Of a stretch of DNA of 51,934 nucleotides, positions 1 to 8,890 are shown one piece after another; position 1 is the stretch's first letter, and every line of letters starts with the position of its first letter. Made by a program: the position numbers and the translations under genes. Location of the stretch: positions 2,399,827-2,451,760 of the forward strand of contig CP070717.1 of the NCBI GenBank assembly GCA_020350445.1, in the 5' to 3' direction. Below the pieces are notes generated by a model, which saw nothing but the letters and a program-made list of their open reading frames with translations, did no database searches and was not told the DNA's origin. Origin of the DNA: Acidobacteriota bacterium (GTDB lineage Bacteria > Acidobacteriota > UBA6911 > RPQK01 > JAPXNP01).

Positions 1-785
1 AGCGCCAGGGCGGCGTTTTGAACCTGGGCAATCCCGGGAACCCGCAGCTGAAAGGTCTCCTCGTGAAAGGCAAACTGATACCGGCCCAGGTCATGGCCCA
101 GGATGCGTAGCCCCTCAGCATCGAGAGTGTGCGGGATCGCAGCGATCCTTTCAGCTTCAGCCCTCAGCGTTTGTTCCGCCTCCGGTTCCTGCTCAGCCAG
201 TAGAACCGGACTCCCCTTCCTCATGATTCCTGCCTTCTCGCGGGCGATCGCAGCCAGGGTATCCCCCAGGTACTGCTGGTGGTCATAACTGATCGGGGTG
301 ATGACTGAGAGAAGCGGACTGACGACATTAGTGCTATCCAACCGCCCTCCCATTCCAATTTCGAGCACAGCGAAATCCACGTCTTTTTCGGCAAAGAAGC
401 TAAATGCTGTTGCCGTGACACACTCGAAGAAGGTGGGATGTGCCGGGAGCCTGCCCGACTGAATGACGTCATAGACCCGGGTGAAGTGTCGGGCGAACCT
501 TTCCTCACTGATCTCCTGGCCGTCGACCTTGATCCGCTCCTGGATTCGGATGAGATGCGGGGAGGTGTAGAGCCCCGTCCTCAATCCCGCGGCCGAAGTT
601 ACGGTACTGAGGAATCGTGAAACCGATCCCTTCCCATTCGTCCCGGCAATCAGCGCTGAAGGGAAGCGCTCGTGAGGGTTCCCGAGTTCTTCCAGAAGCC
701 GGCGAATCGACTCCAGTCCAAACTTCATGGTCAGGACTTCATTGCCGAGTCCAAATAGATAGCCAACAGATTCCTGGAAATTCAT
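1..785 (-). CDS. folC: Bifunctional folylpolyglutamate synthase/dihydrofolate synthase, 3' end cut off by the window edge (not in the ORF track)
   Basis: Manual minus-strand translation from ATG at 785 gives MNFQESVGYLFGLGNE...IAGTNGKGS...GLYTSPHL...PTFFE...VLEIGMGGRLDSTNVV, all FolC motifs. It lies directly downstream of accD, the usual synteny. Confidence 0.95.
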   Translation of the reverse strand, partial: MNFQESVGYLFGLGNEVLTMKFGLESIRRLLEELGNPHERFPSALIAGTNGKGSVSRFLSTVTSAAGLRTGLYTSPHLIRIQERIKVDGQEISEERFARHFTRVYDVIQSGRLPAHPTFFECVTATAFSFFAEKDVDFAVLEIGMGGRLDSTNVVSPLLSVITPISYDHQQYLGDTLAAIAREKAGIMRKGSPVLLAEQEPEAEQTLRAEAERIAAIPHTLDAEGLRILGHDLGRYQFAFHEETFQLRVPGIAQVQNAALA

Positions 786-830
786 CAACTGCGGAAACCG
801 GCTGAATGGTCGTGTGCCCCAGGTAAGGAC

Positions 831-1682
831 CTACACGACACCCATGAAATCAAACCAGTCGTAAATGAAAGCCCGGTGCTCCCGACGATTTACTACAGCG
901 TCCAGCATCCCATGTTCCAAAAGGAATTCACTGCGCTGGAATCCTTCGGGGAGCTTCTGGCGGATCGTCTGTTCGATCACACGAGGGCCGGCAAAGCCAA
1001 TGAGCGCCTTCGGTTCGGCGATATTCAGATCCCCCAGCATGGCATAGCTGGCAGTCACTCCTCCGGTCGTCGGATCAGTCAGAATCGAAACATACGGCAG
1101 CCGCGCCTTATGCAATCGAGCCAGGGCAGCACTGATCTTGGCCATCTGCATGAGCGAAAGGAAGCTCTCCATCATCCGCGCCCCACCGCTGGCCGAAACG
1201 ATAATGAGGGGGGTGTTCTCTTCCAGGGCAAGCTCTACGGCACGAGTAATCTTCTCTCCGACAACGGAACCCATCGACCCCCCGATGAAGCGATACTCCA
1301 TGGCGGAACAGATTGTCGGCACCCCGTTGAGAGTCCCGCGAGCGTTGACGACTGCTTCATTCGAACCGGTGGAACGAACGGCGGAGTCGAGACGACTCCT
1401 GTAGGCCTTCTTGTCGACAAATTCCAAGGGATCCGAAGAGCGCAATTCAGCATCAAACTCCTCATAATTCCCGTCGTCGAAAAGGACCTCCAGCCGCTGT
1501 CTGGCCGTAATCCGAAAATGGTACTGGCACTTCGGACAAACGAAGAAGCTGGCCTCTAAGTCCTTCTTCCAAATGACGCTCTTGCAGTCCTCACATTTTG
1601 TAAACAGACCTTCGGTTCGAACAGTACGTTCTTCATCAACTGGGGTCTGAATCGCTTTCTTGTCACGCTTGAACCAAGCCAT
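831..1682 (-). CDS. accD: Acetyl-CoA carboxylase carboxyltransferase beta subunit
   Basis: Zinc finger KCEDC...CPKC, plus FIGGSMG, SASGGARM, PTTGGV and IGFAGPRVIEQT. Start placed at MAWFKR (1682) rather than the ORF-track 1772, because a TATCAT -10 lies 7 nt upstream. Confidence 0.97.
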   Translation of the reverse strand: MAWFKRDKKAIQTPVDEERTVRTEGLFTKCEDCKSVIWKKDLEASFFVCPKCQYHFRITARQRLEVLFDDGNYEEFDAELRSSDPLEFVDKKAYRSRLDSAVRSTGSNEAVVNARGTLNGVPTICSAMEYRFIGGSMGSVVGEKITRAVELALEENTPLIIVSASGGARMMESFLSLMQMAKISAALARLHKARLPYVSILTDPTTGGVTASYAMLGDLNIAEPKALIGFAGPRVIEQTIRQKLPEGFQRSEFLLEHGMLDAVVNRREHRAFIYDWFDFMGVV

Positions 1683-1772
1683 TCTCGCCATGATAGATGA
1701 AAGCGATGATGGGAGCAATTTCAAGCGGCTCGCCCGCAACCGCCCTGGAGCCGATATAATGGCGGCTGCCAT

Positions 1773-2894
1773 ATGAAGAAAGCCTTGAAGTTCGCGCTCC
1801 TGCTGCTGCTAGTGGGGCAACTGCCTTTCATCTATCGAGTCTGTCAAAGCCGGCAGCTCCACACCTATTCCAGCCAGATCCCGAGACAGAATGGCACGGG
1901 GCATCCTTTCCAGGATCTCAGGGGATCGCTCCACATTCACAGCGCCGCGGGCTCTCACAGTATCGGCACCTACCTGGATATCATCGAAGCGGCTGAAGAA
2001 GCCTCCTACGACTACGTCTTCATCACCGACCACCCAAAGGAGTACACGCTTTTCAACCAGATTGAAGATCCCGGGATTGTGGTCATCTACGGATGGGAAG
2101 AGGAACGGCCGGATGTGGCCCGCAACTTGCGCAGCCAGAACAACGAGGTCGTCATATTCTCCTCCTACACCCAGGGGCCCGTACCCGACGATGCCACCGG
2201 GATTGAAGTCTTCAACATCGCCGAGAACGCGCGCCCTGCAAACGGGATCATGACCTGGATGACCTGGCTTTACCATCAGCCGACATACCCGGACCAGTTC
2301 TTCTTCCATCTCTGGCAGGTCGACGAAGAAAGGCTCCGCCTTTGGGATGAGACCACAGCTCAAAGGAAGCTGGCGGCAGTGGCTGGAAACAACGCCCACC
2401 AGAATCTGGGGCTGATCCTCCAAACGACTTCTGGGGAGAGGCTCCTCTCAGTCATGGTTGATCCCTACGTCGAATCGTTCCGCTTCGTCACGAATCACAC
2501 CCTTCTCCCGCTGGGTCAGGAAGTCTCTCAGGAGTCGGTCCTGGCGGCATTGAGGAAAGGGTCTTCTTACATCGCATTCGAAGGGATTGCTGACCCCACC
2601 GGATTCGCCTTCTATGCGAAACGAGGGGACAGGCTTTACACCATGGGCGATGAGGTTCCCCCAGAGACCGAGCTGATCTTTCAAGCCCCAGTTCCGTCTC
2701 GTTTCGAGTTGATTCGAGCTGGAGAGACCATCGAAGCGCTGGAAGGTTCCCGATTCGTTTTCATCGCTGTTGATCCCGGCGCCTATCGTGTTGAAGTCTA
2801 TCCCCTGGAGCCTCCGCGATTGATCAAGGGCAAGCCGTGGATCATCTCCAATCCAATCTACGTTCAAGGAGAAGAGGAAGCTGAAGTCCGATGA
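1773..2894 (+). CDS. PHP-fold (CehA/McbA-like) metallohydrolase with an N-terminal membrane/signal segment
   Basis: Hydrophobic N-terminus. PHP-type motifs HIHS, ITDH, EVFN and GNNAH, followed by a C-terminal beta-rich domain (PGAYRVEV...WIISNPIYV). Confidence 0.7.
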   Translation: MKKALKFALLLLLVGQLPFIYRVCQSRQLHTYSSQIPRQNGTGHPFQDLRGSLHIHSAAGSHSIGTYLDIIEAAEEASYDYVFITDHPKEYTLFNQIEDPGIVVIYGWEEERPDVARNLRSQNNEVVIFSSYTQGPVPDDATGIEVFNIAENARPANGIMTWMTWLYHQPTYPDQFFFHLWQVDEERLRLWDETTAQRKLAAVAGNNAHQNLGLILQTTSGERLLSVMVDPYVESFRFVTNHTLLPLGQEVSQESVLAALRKGSSYIAFEGIADPTGFAFYAKRGDRLYTMGDEVPPETELIFQAPVPSRFELIRAGETIEALEGSRFVFIAVDPGAYRVEVYPLEPPRLIKGKPWIISNPIYVQGEEEAEVR

Positions 2895-2964
2895 ACCCCC
2901 TCTCACGGCGCAGTCCGGGTCCACGCTTGACGTGGTTGGCCTTCTCCAATACTAATGGTGGGAC

Positions 2965-4254
2965 ATGCAGCAGCAACTGAACTTCCTGAATGAGCGGCAG
3001 GTCCTTTCAGTGGCTGAACTGGTCGGTCAGGCAAAAACTACACTGGAAAAGGCTTTCCGCAACGTCTGGGTCCAGGGTGAGATCTCCAACCTCGGACGAC
3101 CTCCATCGGGACACCTGTACTTCACCCTGAAGGATGATGACGCTCAGGTCTCGGCTGTCTGCTTTCGTATGCAGAGCCGGTACTTGAAGTTCCGCCCCGA
3201 GGATGGGCTCGATGTCATCGCTCGCGGTTCCCTCACGGTCTACCCGCCAAGAGGCCAGATGCAGTTCGTCGTCGAAACGATGGAGCCTCAGGGAGTCGGT
3301 GCCCTTCAACTGGCTTTCGAACAGCTCAAATCGAAGCTGCAGAGTGAAGGTCTCTTCGATTCCCGTCATAAGCAGCCTCTCCCACTGCTGCCTGCAAAGG
3401 TCGGTGTCGTGACTTCACCCTCCGGAGCCGCGATCCAGGACATCCTGAGAGTCCTCAAGCGCCGCAACAACCGGGTTGACGTGCTGATCTACCCCACCCG
3501 GGTCCAGGGGACCGAAGCGCCTCGGGAAATCATTGCAGGCATCCGCTACCTGAACTCGCGAGAGGATATCGATGTGATCATTGTGGGAAGGGGCGGTGGT
3601 TCCATCGAGGACTTGTGGGCATTCAACGACGAATCCGTCGCCCGTGCGATCTTCGATTCGAGAGTGCCGGTCATCTCGGCTGTCGGCCATGAAATCGATT
3701 ACACGATCAGCGACTTTGTGGCCGACCTGCGCGCTCCGACGCCCTCAGCTGCAGCCGAGATCGTCTCAGGTAAGCGGGAAGAACTGGTCAATACGGTCAG
3801 TACGCTTCGAAGAAGAGCTTTCCAGGCACTTCGGTATTCACTTCAGCTAAAACGCAGCAGGTTGGAACGACTGAGCCACAGCCGCGGGTTCGTGGGAGCC
3901 CAGAGTCGGATTCGGACCTTCATCCAGCGACTCGACGAACTCCGGACCCGTCTCCAACTGACACTGCCTCCGGTGCTGGAAAGGCAGACATCCCGCCTCG
4001 AGGTGCTGCTGCGAGATATGCAACAGAGTATGGACTACAGGCTTCGACTGAAACGACAGATTCTGGAATCGCAGGTCCAGCAACTGAAGGCCTATTCTCC
4101 ACTCCAGGTCCTGGAAAGGGGTTACGCCATCGTAACCACTTCAGACGACCGCGTTGTCCGAGATCCCGTACAGGTCTCCCCGGACGAGTTGATCCAGATC
4201 AGGGTCGCCCAAGGATCCTTCAAGGCAAGAAAAGAGGACGAAGATGGAAATTAA
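2965..4254 (+). CDS. xseA: Exodeoxyribonuclease VII large subunit
   Basis: WVQGEISN, SGHLYFTLKD, GVVTSPSGAAIQDI, RGGGSIEDLWAFNDE, SAVGHEID, RAPTPSAAAE and LERGYAIV. Confidence 0.98.
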   Translation: MQQQLNFLNERQVLSVAELVGQAKTTLEKAFRNVWVQGEISNLGRPPSGHLYFTLKDDDAQVSAVCFRMQSRYLKFRPEDGLDVIARGSLTVYPPRGQMQFVVETMEPQGVGALQLAFEQLKSKLQSEGLFDSRHKQPLPLLPAKVGVVTSPSGAAIQDILRVLKRRNNRVDVLIYPTRVQGTEAPREIIAGIRYLNSREDIDVIIVGRGGGSIEDLWAFNDESVARAIFDSRVPVISAVGHEIDYTISDFVADLRAPTPSAAAEIVSGKREELVNTVSTLRRRAFQALRYSLQLKRSRLERLSHSRGFVGAQSRIRTFIQRLDELRTRLQLTLPPVLERQTSRLEVLLRDMQQSMDYRLRLKRQILESQVQQLKAYSPLQVLERGYAIVTTSDDRVVRDPVQVSPDELIQIRVAQGSFKARKEDEDGN

Positions 4255-4477
4255 GGATTTCGAACAGGCGCTGGGACGCCTCGAAGTAATCGTCAATTCC
4301 CTGGAAGCTGGCGAGATTCCGCTCGAGGAGTCTCTCAAACTTTTCGAAGAAGGGATGGGGATCGCAAAATACTGCGGTAAGAAACTCGATGAAGCCGAGC
4401 GCAAGGTCGAGATTCTGGTGAAACAGGCGGAAGGGGAATTTGCCGAAGAACCCTTCGAGACCACATCAGACGATTGA
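4244..4477 (+). CDS. xseB: Exodeoxyribonuclease VII small subunit
   Basis: FEQALGRLEVIVNSLE...PLEESLKLFEEG...C...L..AE.KV. Overlaps the end of xseA. Confidence 0.96.
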   Translation: MEIKDFEQALGRLEVIVNSLEAGEIPLEESLKLFEEGMGIAKYCGKKLDEAERKVEILVKQAEGEFAEEPFETTSDD

Positions 4478-5397
4478 TTCCGAACCCTGACAGGTCGCCC
4501 ATCATGCTGAATATTACCGAGTACCTCAGAGAGAAGAAGACGCTCGTTGACCGCCATCTCGATCGCCTGGTCCCCGCTGCCGAAGAGTATCCCCCGGTTC
4601 TTCAGCAAGCGATGCGTTACAGCCTCTTTGCCGGTGGGAAAAGGATCAGGCCGATTCTCGCACTGGCCACGGGAGAGGCCCTCGAGGGCGAATTTGACCG
4701 CGTGATCCGCCTCGCCTGCGCACTGGAATGCATCCACACCTATTCGCTGATCCACGATGATCTACCGGCGATGGATGATGATGACTTCAGAAGGGGCAAC
4801 CCGACCTGTCATAAGAAATTTGGTGAGGGAATCGCGATCCTGGCCGGGAATGGCCTGATGACGGTAGCCTTTCAGGTGCTGACAGAAATCCCCTCGGCCA
4901 GCCCAGGAGCTGAAACCGTCCTCGCGGTAATCAACCGTTTGTGCCGGGCGATTGGCCCTCAGGGAGGAGTCATCGCAGGGCAGGTTGTTGACCTGACAAC
5001 AGCGGGAAAACCCTTCACGGAAGAGGAACTACTCTACATTCACTCTTCGAAAACGGGAGCCCTGATCGAAGCCTCCGTTTCCTGTGCGGCGATGCTGTCG
5101 GAGGCCACGCCGGATGAGCTCGAGCGATTGAAGACATTCGGTTTAAAGATCGGGCTGGCATTCCAGGTAGTGGACGACATCCTCGATGTTGTGGAAACCT
5201 CTGAGAGGCTGGGGAAGACTCCGGGAAAGGACACGGCCGAGAAGAAGGCCACTTATACCGCCCTGTACGGACTGGAACGGAGCCGCGAGATCGCCGAACA
5301 ACTGGTTGAAGAAGGAATCCAATCGATCTCCTTCCTGGGCAGCGCCGGTGAAGCCCTGAAGGAACTGGCCCGGTTCATTTCAGTGCGTCGCTTCTGA
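4474..5397 (+). CDS. ispA: Farnesyl/geranylgeranyl diphosphate synthase (alternative start at ATG 4504)
   Basis: GGKRIRP, first Asp-rich motif HTYSLIHDDLPAMDDDDFRRG, second motif FQVVDDILD, and GKTPGKD...KATY. Confidence 0.95.
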   Translation: MIPNPDRSPIMLNITEYLREKKTLVDRHLDRLVPAAEEYPPVLQQAMRYSLFAGGKRIRPILALATGEALEGEFDRVIRLACALECIHTYSLIHDDLPAMDDDDFRRGNPTCHKKFGEGIAILAGNGLMTVAFQVLTEIPSASPGAETVLAVINRLCRAIGPQGGVIAGQVVDLTTAGKPFTEEELLYIHSSKTGALIEASVSCAAMLSEATPDELERLKTFGLKIGLAFQVVDDILDVVETSERLGKTPGKDTAEKKATYTALYGLERSREIAEQLVEEGIQSISFLGSAGEALKELARFISVRRF

Positions 5398-5439
5398 GTC
5401 GTTCCCCATGGAATTGCTGCGCAAGCCATAATAGAGACC

Positions 5440-6189
5440 GTGAAAAAGAAGCGCCTCGATCAACTTCTCGTCGACCGGGAACTGGCAGTCGATCTGCGTG
5501 AAGCGACTGCGCTCCTGATGAAAGGCGTCGTACTGGTGAACGATCAGAAGTTGGAGAAGCCCGGAACCCGGGTTGCAGAAGATGCGGTGCTTCGAATCCT
5601 CGGAACTGATCAACGCTACGTTTCTCGCGGCGGCCTCAAGCTCGAGGCCGCAATCGTTCAGTTCAAGCTTGAGCTCGACGGTTTGGTCTGCGCCGATCTG
5701 GGAGCCTCGACAGGAGGATTCACCGACTGCCTGCTGCAGCACGGAGCCCGTCGGGTCTACGCATTTGACGTTGGAAAGGGTCTGCTCCACTGGAGGCTCC
5801 AAACCGATGAACGGGTCATTATTCAGGATCGCTTCAACGTGCGGAACCTGCGCGCCGAAGATATCCCGGAACCGGTAGACCTGGTTACCGCCGACCTGTC
5901 GTTCATCTCACTTCGACAGATTCTGCCGACTCTGACACAGTTCCCGTCAGCCAGGTTCCTGGTGCTGGTGAAGCCCCAGTTCGAGGCCGAAAGGTGGGAA
6001 GTTGAACCGGGTGGCCTGGTCACTGACCCGGATAAGCGCGCCGAAATCCTCAAGCGGGTCATTACCTCCGCTGAAGTCAACGGATTCGAGGTCCTGGCCC
6101 AGATGGAATCACCCGTTTCCGGACAAAAGGGTAACATCGAGTGTCTGCTTTACCTGAGACTCAAAGACGAGGGTTTCACAGGAACGTGA
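5440..6189 (+). CDS. tlyA: TlyA-family rRNA 2'-O-methyltransferase (S4 + FtsJ-like domains)
   Basis: KKRLDQLLV, YVSRGGLKL, DLGASTGGFTDCLL, DLSFISL, LVKPQFE and GQKGNIE. Confidence 0.95.
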   Translation: MKKKRLDQLLVDRELAVDLREATALLMKGVVLVNDQKLEKPGTRVAEDAVLRILGTDQRYVSRGGLKLEAAIVQFKLELDGLVCADLGASTGGFTDCLLQHGARRVYAFDVGKGLLHWRLQTDERVIIQDRFNVRNLRAEDIPEPVDLVTADLSFISLRQILPTLTQFPSARFLVLVKPQFEAERWEVEPGGLVTDPDKRAEILKRVITSAEVNGFEVLAQMESPVSGQKGNIECLLYLRLKDEGFTGT

Positions 6190-7142
6190 GAGAGAGAATT
6201 CCCCGCTACAATTCCTATAACCGCTGGCTCAAGGCGAAGTTCGGAGAACGGGTCTACAAGGTCTCAGTTGATGGTGGATTCACCTGTCCGAACCGAGATG
6301 GGACGGTGGCCTGGGGTGGCTGCACCTACTGTAACAACGACAGCTTCCGTCCCGATGAGGTAGCCCCCGAAAAGTCGCTCAGGCAGCAGATCAAGGATGG
6401 AACGGAATACCTGACCCGCAGGTTCGAGGCTTACAAATTCATTGTCTACTGGCAGGCGTATTCGAACACTTACAAGCCTGTTGACGAACTCGAACCGCTT
6501 TACCGCAGTGCTCTTGAAGCCGATTCCAGGATCGTGGGGATGGCGATCGGAACACGTCCCGACTGTATCGACCGAGAGAAGCTGCAGATGATTCTCGACG
6601 TTGCTGGAGACCGTTACATCTGTATGGAGTATGGGCTGGAGTCCGTCTTCGAGGAGACCCTCAAGAGGATCAACCGGGGACATGACCTCTTCTGCTACCT
6701 GGAAGCCGTGGAAGAAACGAAGTCACTCGGGATCGATGTCTGTTCTCACATCATCCTCGGGTTTCCCGGTGAGAGCCGGGAGCAACTGCTCTCCTATGCC
6801 GACACACTCAATGACCTCGGCGTGGATTTCGTCAAGATCCACCACCTTCATATCGTCAAGGGAACCCGGATGGCGAAAGAGTATCTCAAAGAGCCCTTCC
6901 CTCTCTTTACGGCAGAGGAATGGACTCAGCTCGTCTGCGATTTCCTGGAACGGCTCGATCCGCGGATCCGCGTTCAGCGCCTCTTTGGATGGTCACCGGA
7001 AGAACACCTGGTTGGTCCCAAGTGGGGACTGACCAAGCCTCAGCTACTCACAATGATCCATGAGGAACTGGAAAGAAGAGACAGCCGGCAGGGCCTGCGC
7101 TTCCTACTCGAAGCTGATCAGGGAGGCCTTCAGACGCCGTGA
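6186..7142 (+). CDS. TIGR01212/YhcC-type radical SAM protein
   Basis: GFTCPNRDG...GGCTYC (CxxxxxxxxxxxxxxCxxC variant), IGTRPDC, HIILGFPGE and VKIHHLHIVKGT. The GTG start at 6186 forms a GTGA overlap with the tlyA stop. Confidence 0.9.
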   Translation: MRERIPRYNSYNRWLKAKFGERVYKVSVDGGFTCPNRDGTVAWGGCTYCNNDSFRPDEVAPEKSLRQQIKDGTEYLTRRFEAYKFIVYWQAYSNTYKPVDELEPLYRSALEADSRIVGMAIGTRPDCIDREKLQMILDVAGDRYICMEYGLESVFEETLKRINRGHDLFCYLEAVEETKSLGIDVCSHIILGFPGESREQLLSYADTLNDLGVDFVKIHHLHIVKGTRMAKEYLKEPFPLFTAEEWTQLVCDFLERLDPRIRVQRLFGWSPEEHLVGPKWGLTKPQLLTMIHEELERRDSRQGLRFLLEADQGGLQTP

Positions 7143-8171
7143 TTGCTGAGCGGAACGCCCCCACTGCACGAGAATCGGGCTTTGGTACTTCCCCTGAACA
7201 ATCTTGACTTCACCGGTGGCCGGGTCGTCTGAGACGAGCAGACTGATGGAACGCTTCATCCTTAAGAAGCGGGAGGCCGGATAGGCCATGAATTTGTGAA
7301 TGACCCGTTCGACGAGCGACTCACTCAGCCCCATGGTGTCCAGAAACTCATTGAGTATCTGGGGCAGGTCGTACTTGGCATAACCCTTCATACGAGTCTT
7401 GAAGGATCGCGGATCCCGAATCAGGTGCCGTCCCCTTTCAGCCATGAACCGAAGAGGATTGTGAAGCACTTCAACAAGATCGTGCTGCATCAGCAGTGTT
7501 TCGAACTCGTTCATCGTCAAACCGGTGTGCATTTCCCGGCTTTCAAGGGTCAGGTCAATTCGCCCCCGGCCGATACCGCGTTCCTGCACTTCCTGCTGCA
7601 ACCGGTCGAACAGACCCACATTCGGGTCCTTGAGATTGACGGAGTCGATGGGGTGCGTGGAGACCGGGACCTGGACGCGAAGATTGCTGACCAGCCTCTC
7701 TTCGTCGAACCCGAATACGCTGGTCTGTCTCAAACGGCGAATTGCGCCATTCGTTCCGTCCAGATCGATGAAGTAGACGGGAACATCCGGATCGTTCTGG
7801 TAGGTCACCAGGTTATTGAGACCCGACCCGATAAAGGTGAGATGAGCGTCGGCATTCTTCGGTTCGAACCGCTTTTCGTCCTCTGTCAACTCGTCCCGCA
7901 GGTCCATCTGGTCATGCCGATAGTTGGCATTCGGAGGAAACAGTCTCTGGAACGAGCGAACAAAGTCCTGTAACGATTCCGAATCGTGGTTGAGCCGAGC
8001 ACAGAGCTTCTGGTCGAGGTATCCCGCGGTCGTGTGATAGGAGTAGTAGAGAACCTGCCGGAACTGGGCAAACGGATTCCCAAAACGCTCTTCGATCTGA
8101 CTCTTTACATTGATCAGATCCAAGCGATTCTCTGGTCGCAGATCTAGCTTGAGTTCGGGTCCGAAAGCCAT
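7104..8171 (-). CDS. Uncharacterised protein with two tandem YjbQ/UPF0047-like domains
   Basis: Domain 1: HTTAG, YRHD, NADAHL, YFIDLDG..R.R. Domain 2: HTGLTMNE, IVQGKYQSPILVQW...R.L. Start placed at ATG 8171, downstream of TTGACA-N18-TAAACT (8211..8182, minus strand). Confidence 0.7.
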   Translation of the reverse strand: MAFGPELKLDLRPENRLDLINVKSQIEERFGNPFAQFRQVLYYSYHTTAGYLDQKLCARLNHDSESLQDFVRSFQRLFPPNANYRHDQMDLRDELTEDEKRFEPKNADAHLTFIGSGLNNLVTYQNDPDVPVYFIDLDGTNGAIRRLRQTSVFGFDEERLVSNLRVQVPVSTHPIDSVNLKDPNVGLFDRLQQEVQERGIGRGRIDLTLESREMHTGLTMNEFETLLMQHDLVEVLHNPLRFMAERGRHLIRDPRSFKTRMKGYAKYDLPQILNEFLDTMGLSESLVERVIHKFMAYPASRFLRMKRSISLLVSDDPATGEVKIVQGKYQSPILVQWGRSAQQSRRLKASLISFE

Positions 8172-8259
8172 GGGCGTATGGAGTTTATTCCGCAAGAAAG
8201 TCCTTTGTCAAAATTTGGGTCTCCACCCGGGAGTCATGTTACCTTTTGGACCTGTAGCG

Positions 8260-8889
8260 ATGAATGATCAAGCGGCCAATTCGATTCGACGATACTCGGA
8301 GAACATTGTTATTGCCTGTGCCCTGAAGAAGGAGGCGAAGGCACTGGAAGCCAAACTCAGGGGGGGACAGGAAGTTGTGACCACGGGTCTCGGTACCGAT
8401 CGAACCCTGCGACGCCTCGAGCGATTCTTCGAGAAGCAGAAACCATCGCTGCTGATCTTTACTGGCATGGCTGGACAGCTCGCTCCTGACCTTCAATTGG
8501 GGGAATTCGTCTTCCCGGAGTCCTGGACCTTTGAAAGCGGCACCGCTTTCTCGATAGACCCGACCCTGGCCGGTCTCCTGCGTGACAGGGGCTGGGGTAT
8601 TTCAGGTATCGGGATCACCGTCAGGCGTCCCGTCGTCAAGCAGAAGGCCCGGCTTGACTTGAACCGGAGAACGGGGGCCCTGATCTGCGATATGGAGAGT
8701 GCGGCTGCGCTGATGGTTAGCCAGGCTTACGGTGTTCCCTGTATCGCTCCCAAGATCATCTCAGACACTGCCGAATCGGGGATGCTGGCCTTCTACCGTC
8801 ACTTCTCAGAGAATGTCGAGGCCCTGGGCAGGGAAATCGATCGTCTCGTCTCCACATTTACCGGGGAAGACACTACGGGCCCGCGTTGA
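8260..8889 (+). CDS. Nucleoside phosphorylase-like protein (PNP_UDP_1 / MTA-SAH nucleosidase / HpnG-like)
   Basis: TTGLG, LIFTGMAGQL, ICDMESAA and KIISDTA. Start uncertain (ATG 8236 or 8260). Confidence 0.8.
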   Translation: MNDQAANSIRRYSENIVIACALKKEAKALEAKLRGGQEVVTTGLGTDRTLRRLERFFEKQKPSLLIFTGMAGQLAPDLQLGEFVFPESWTFESGTAFSIDPTLAGLLRDRGWGISGIGITVRRPVVKQKARLDLNRRTGALICDMESAAALMVSQAYGVPCIAPKIISDTAESGMLAFYRHFSENVEALGREIDRLVSTFTGEDTTGPR

Positions 8890-8890
8890 C

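Noticed and set aside
1683-1772. ORF-track N-terminal extensions (accD 1772, radical SAM 6141, YjbQ-like 8195, phosphorylase 8110, nrdR 13515, FG-GAP 29827, DUF420 37563, GH20 50621)
   Set aside because: They overlap promoter elements, neighbouring genes or hairpins. Downstream starts fit family N-termini, SD sequences or -10 spacing better.
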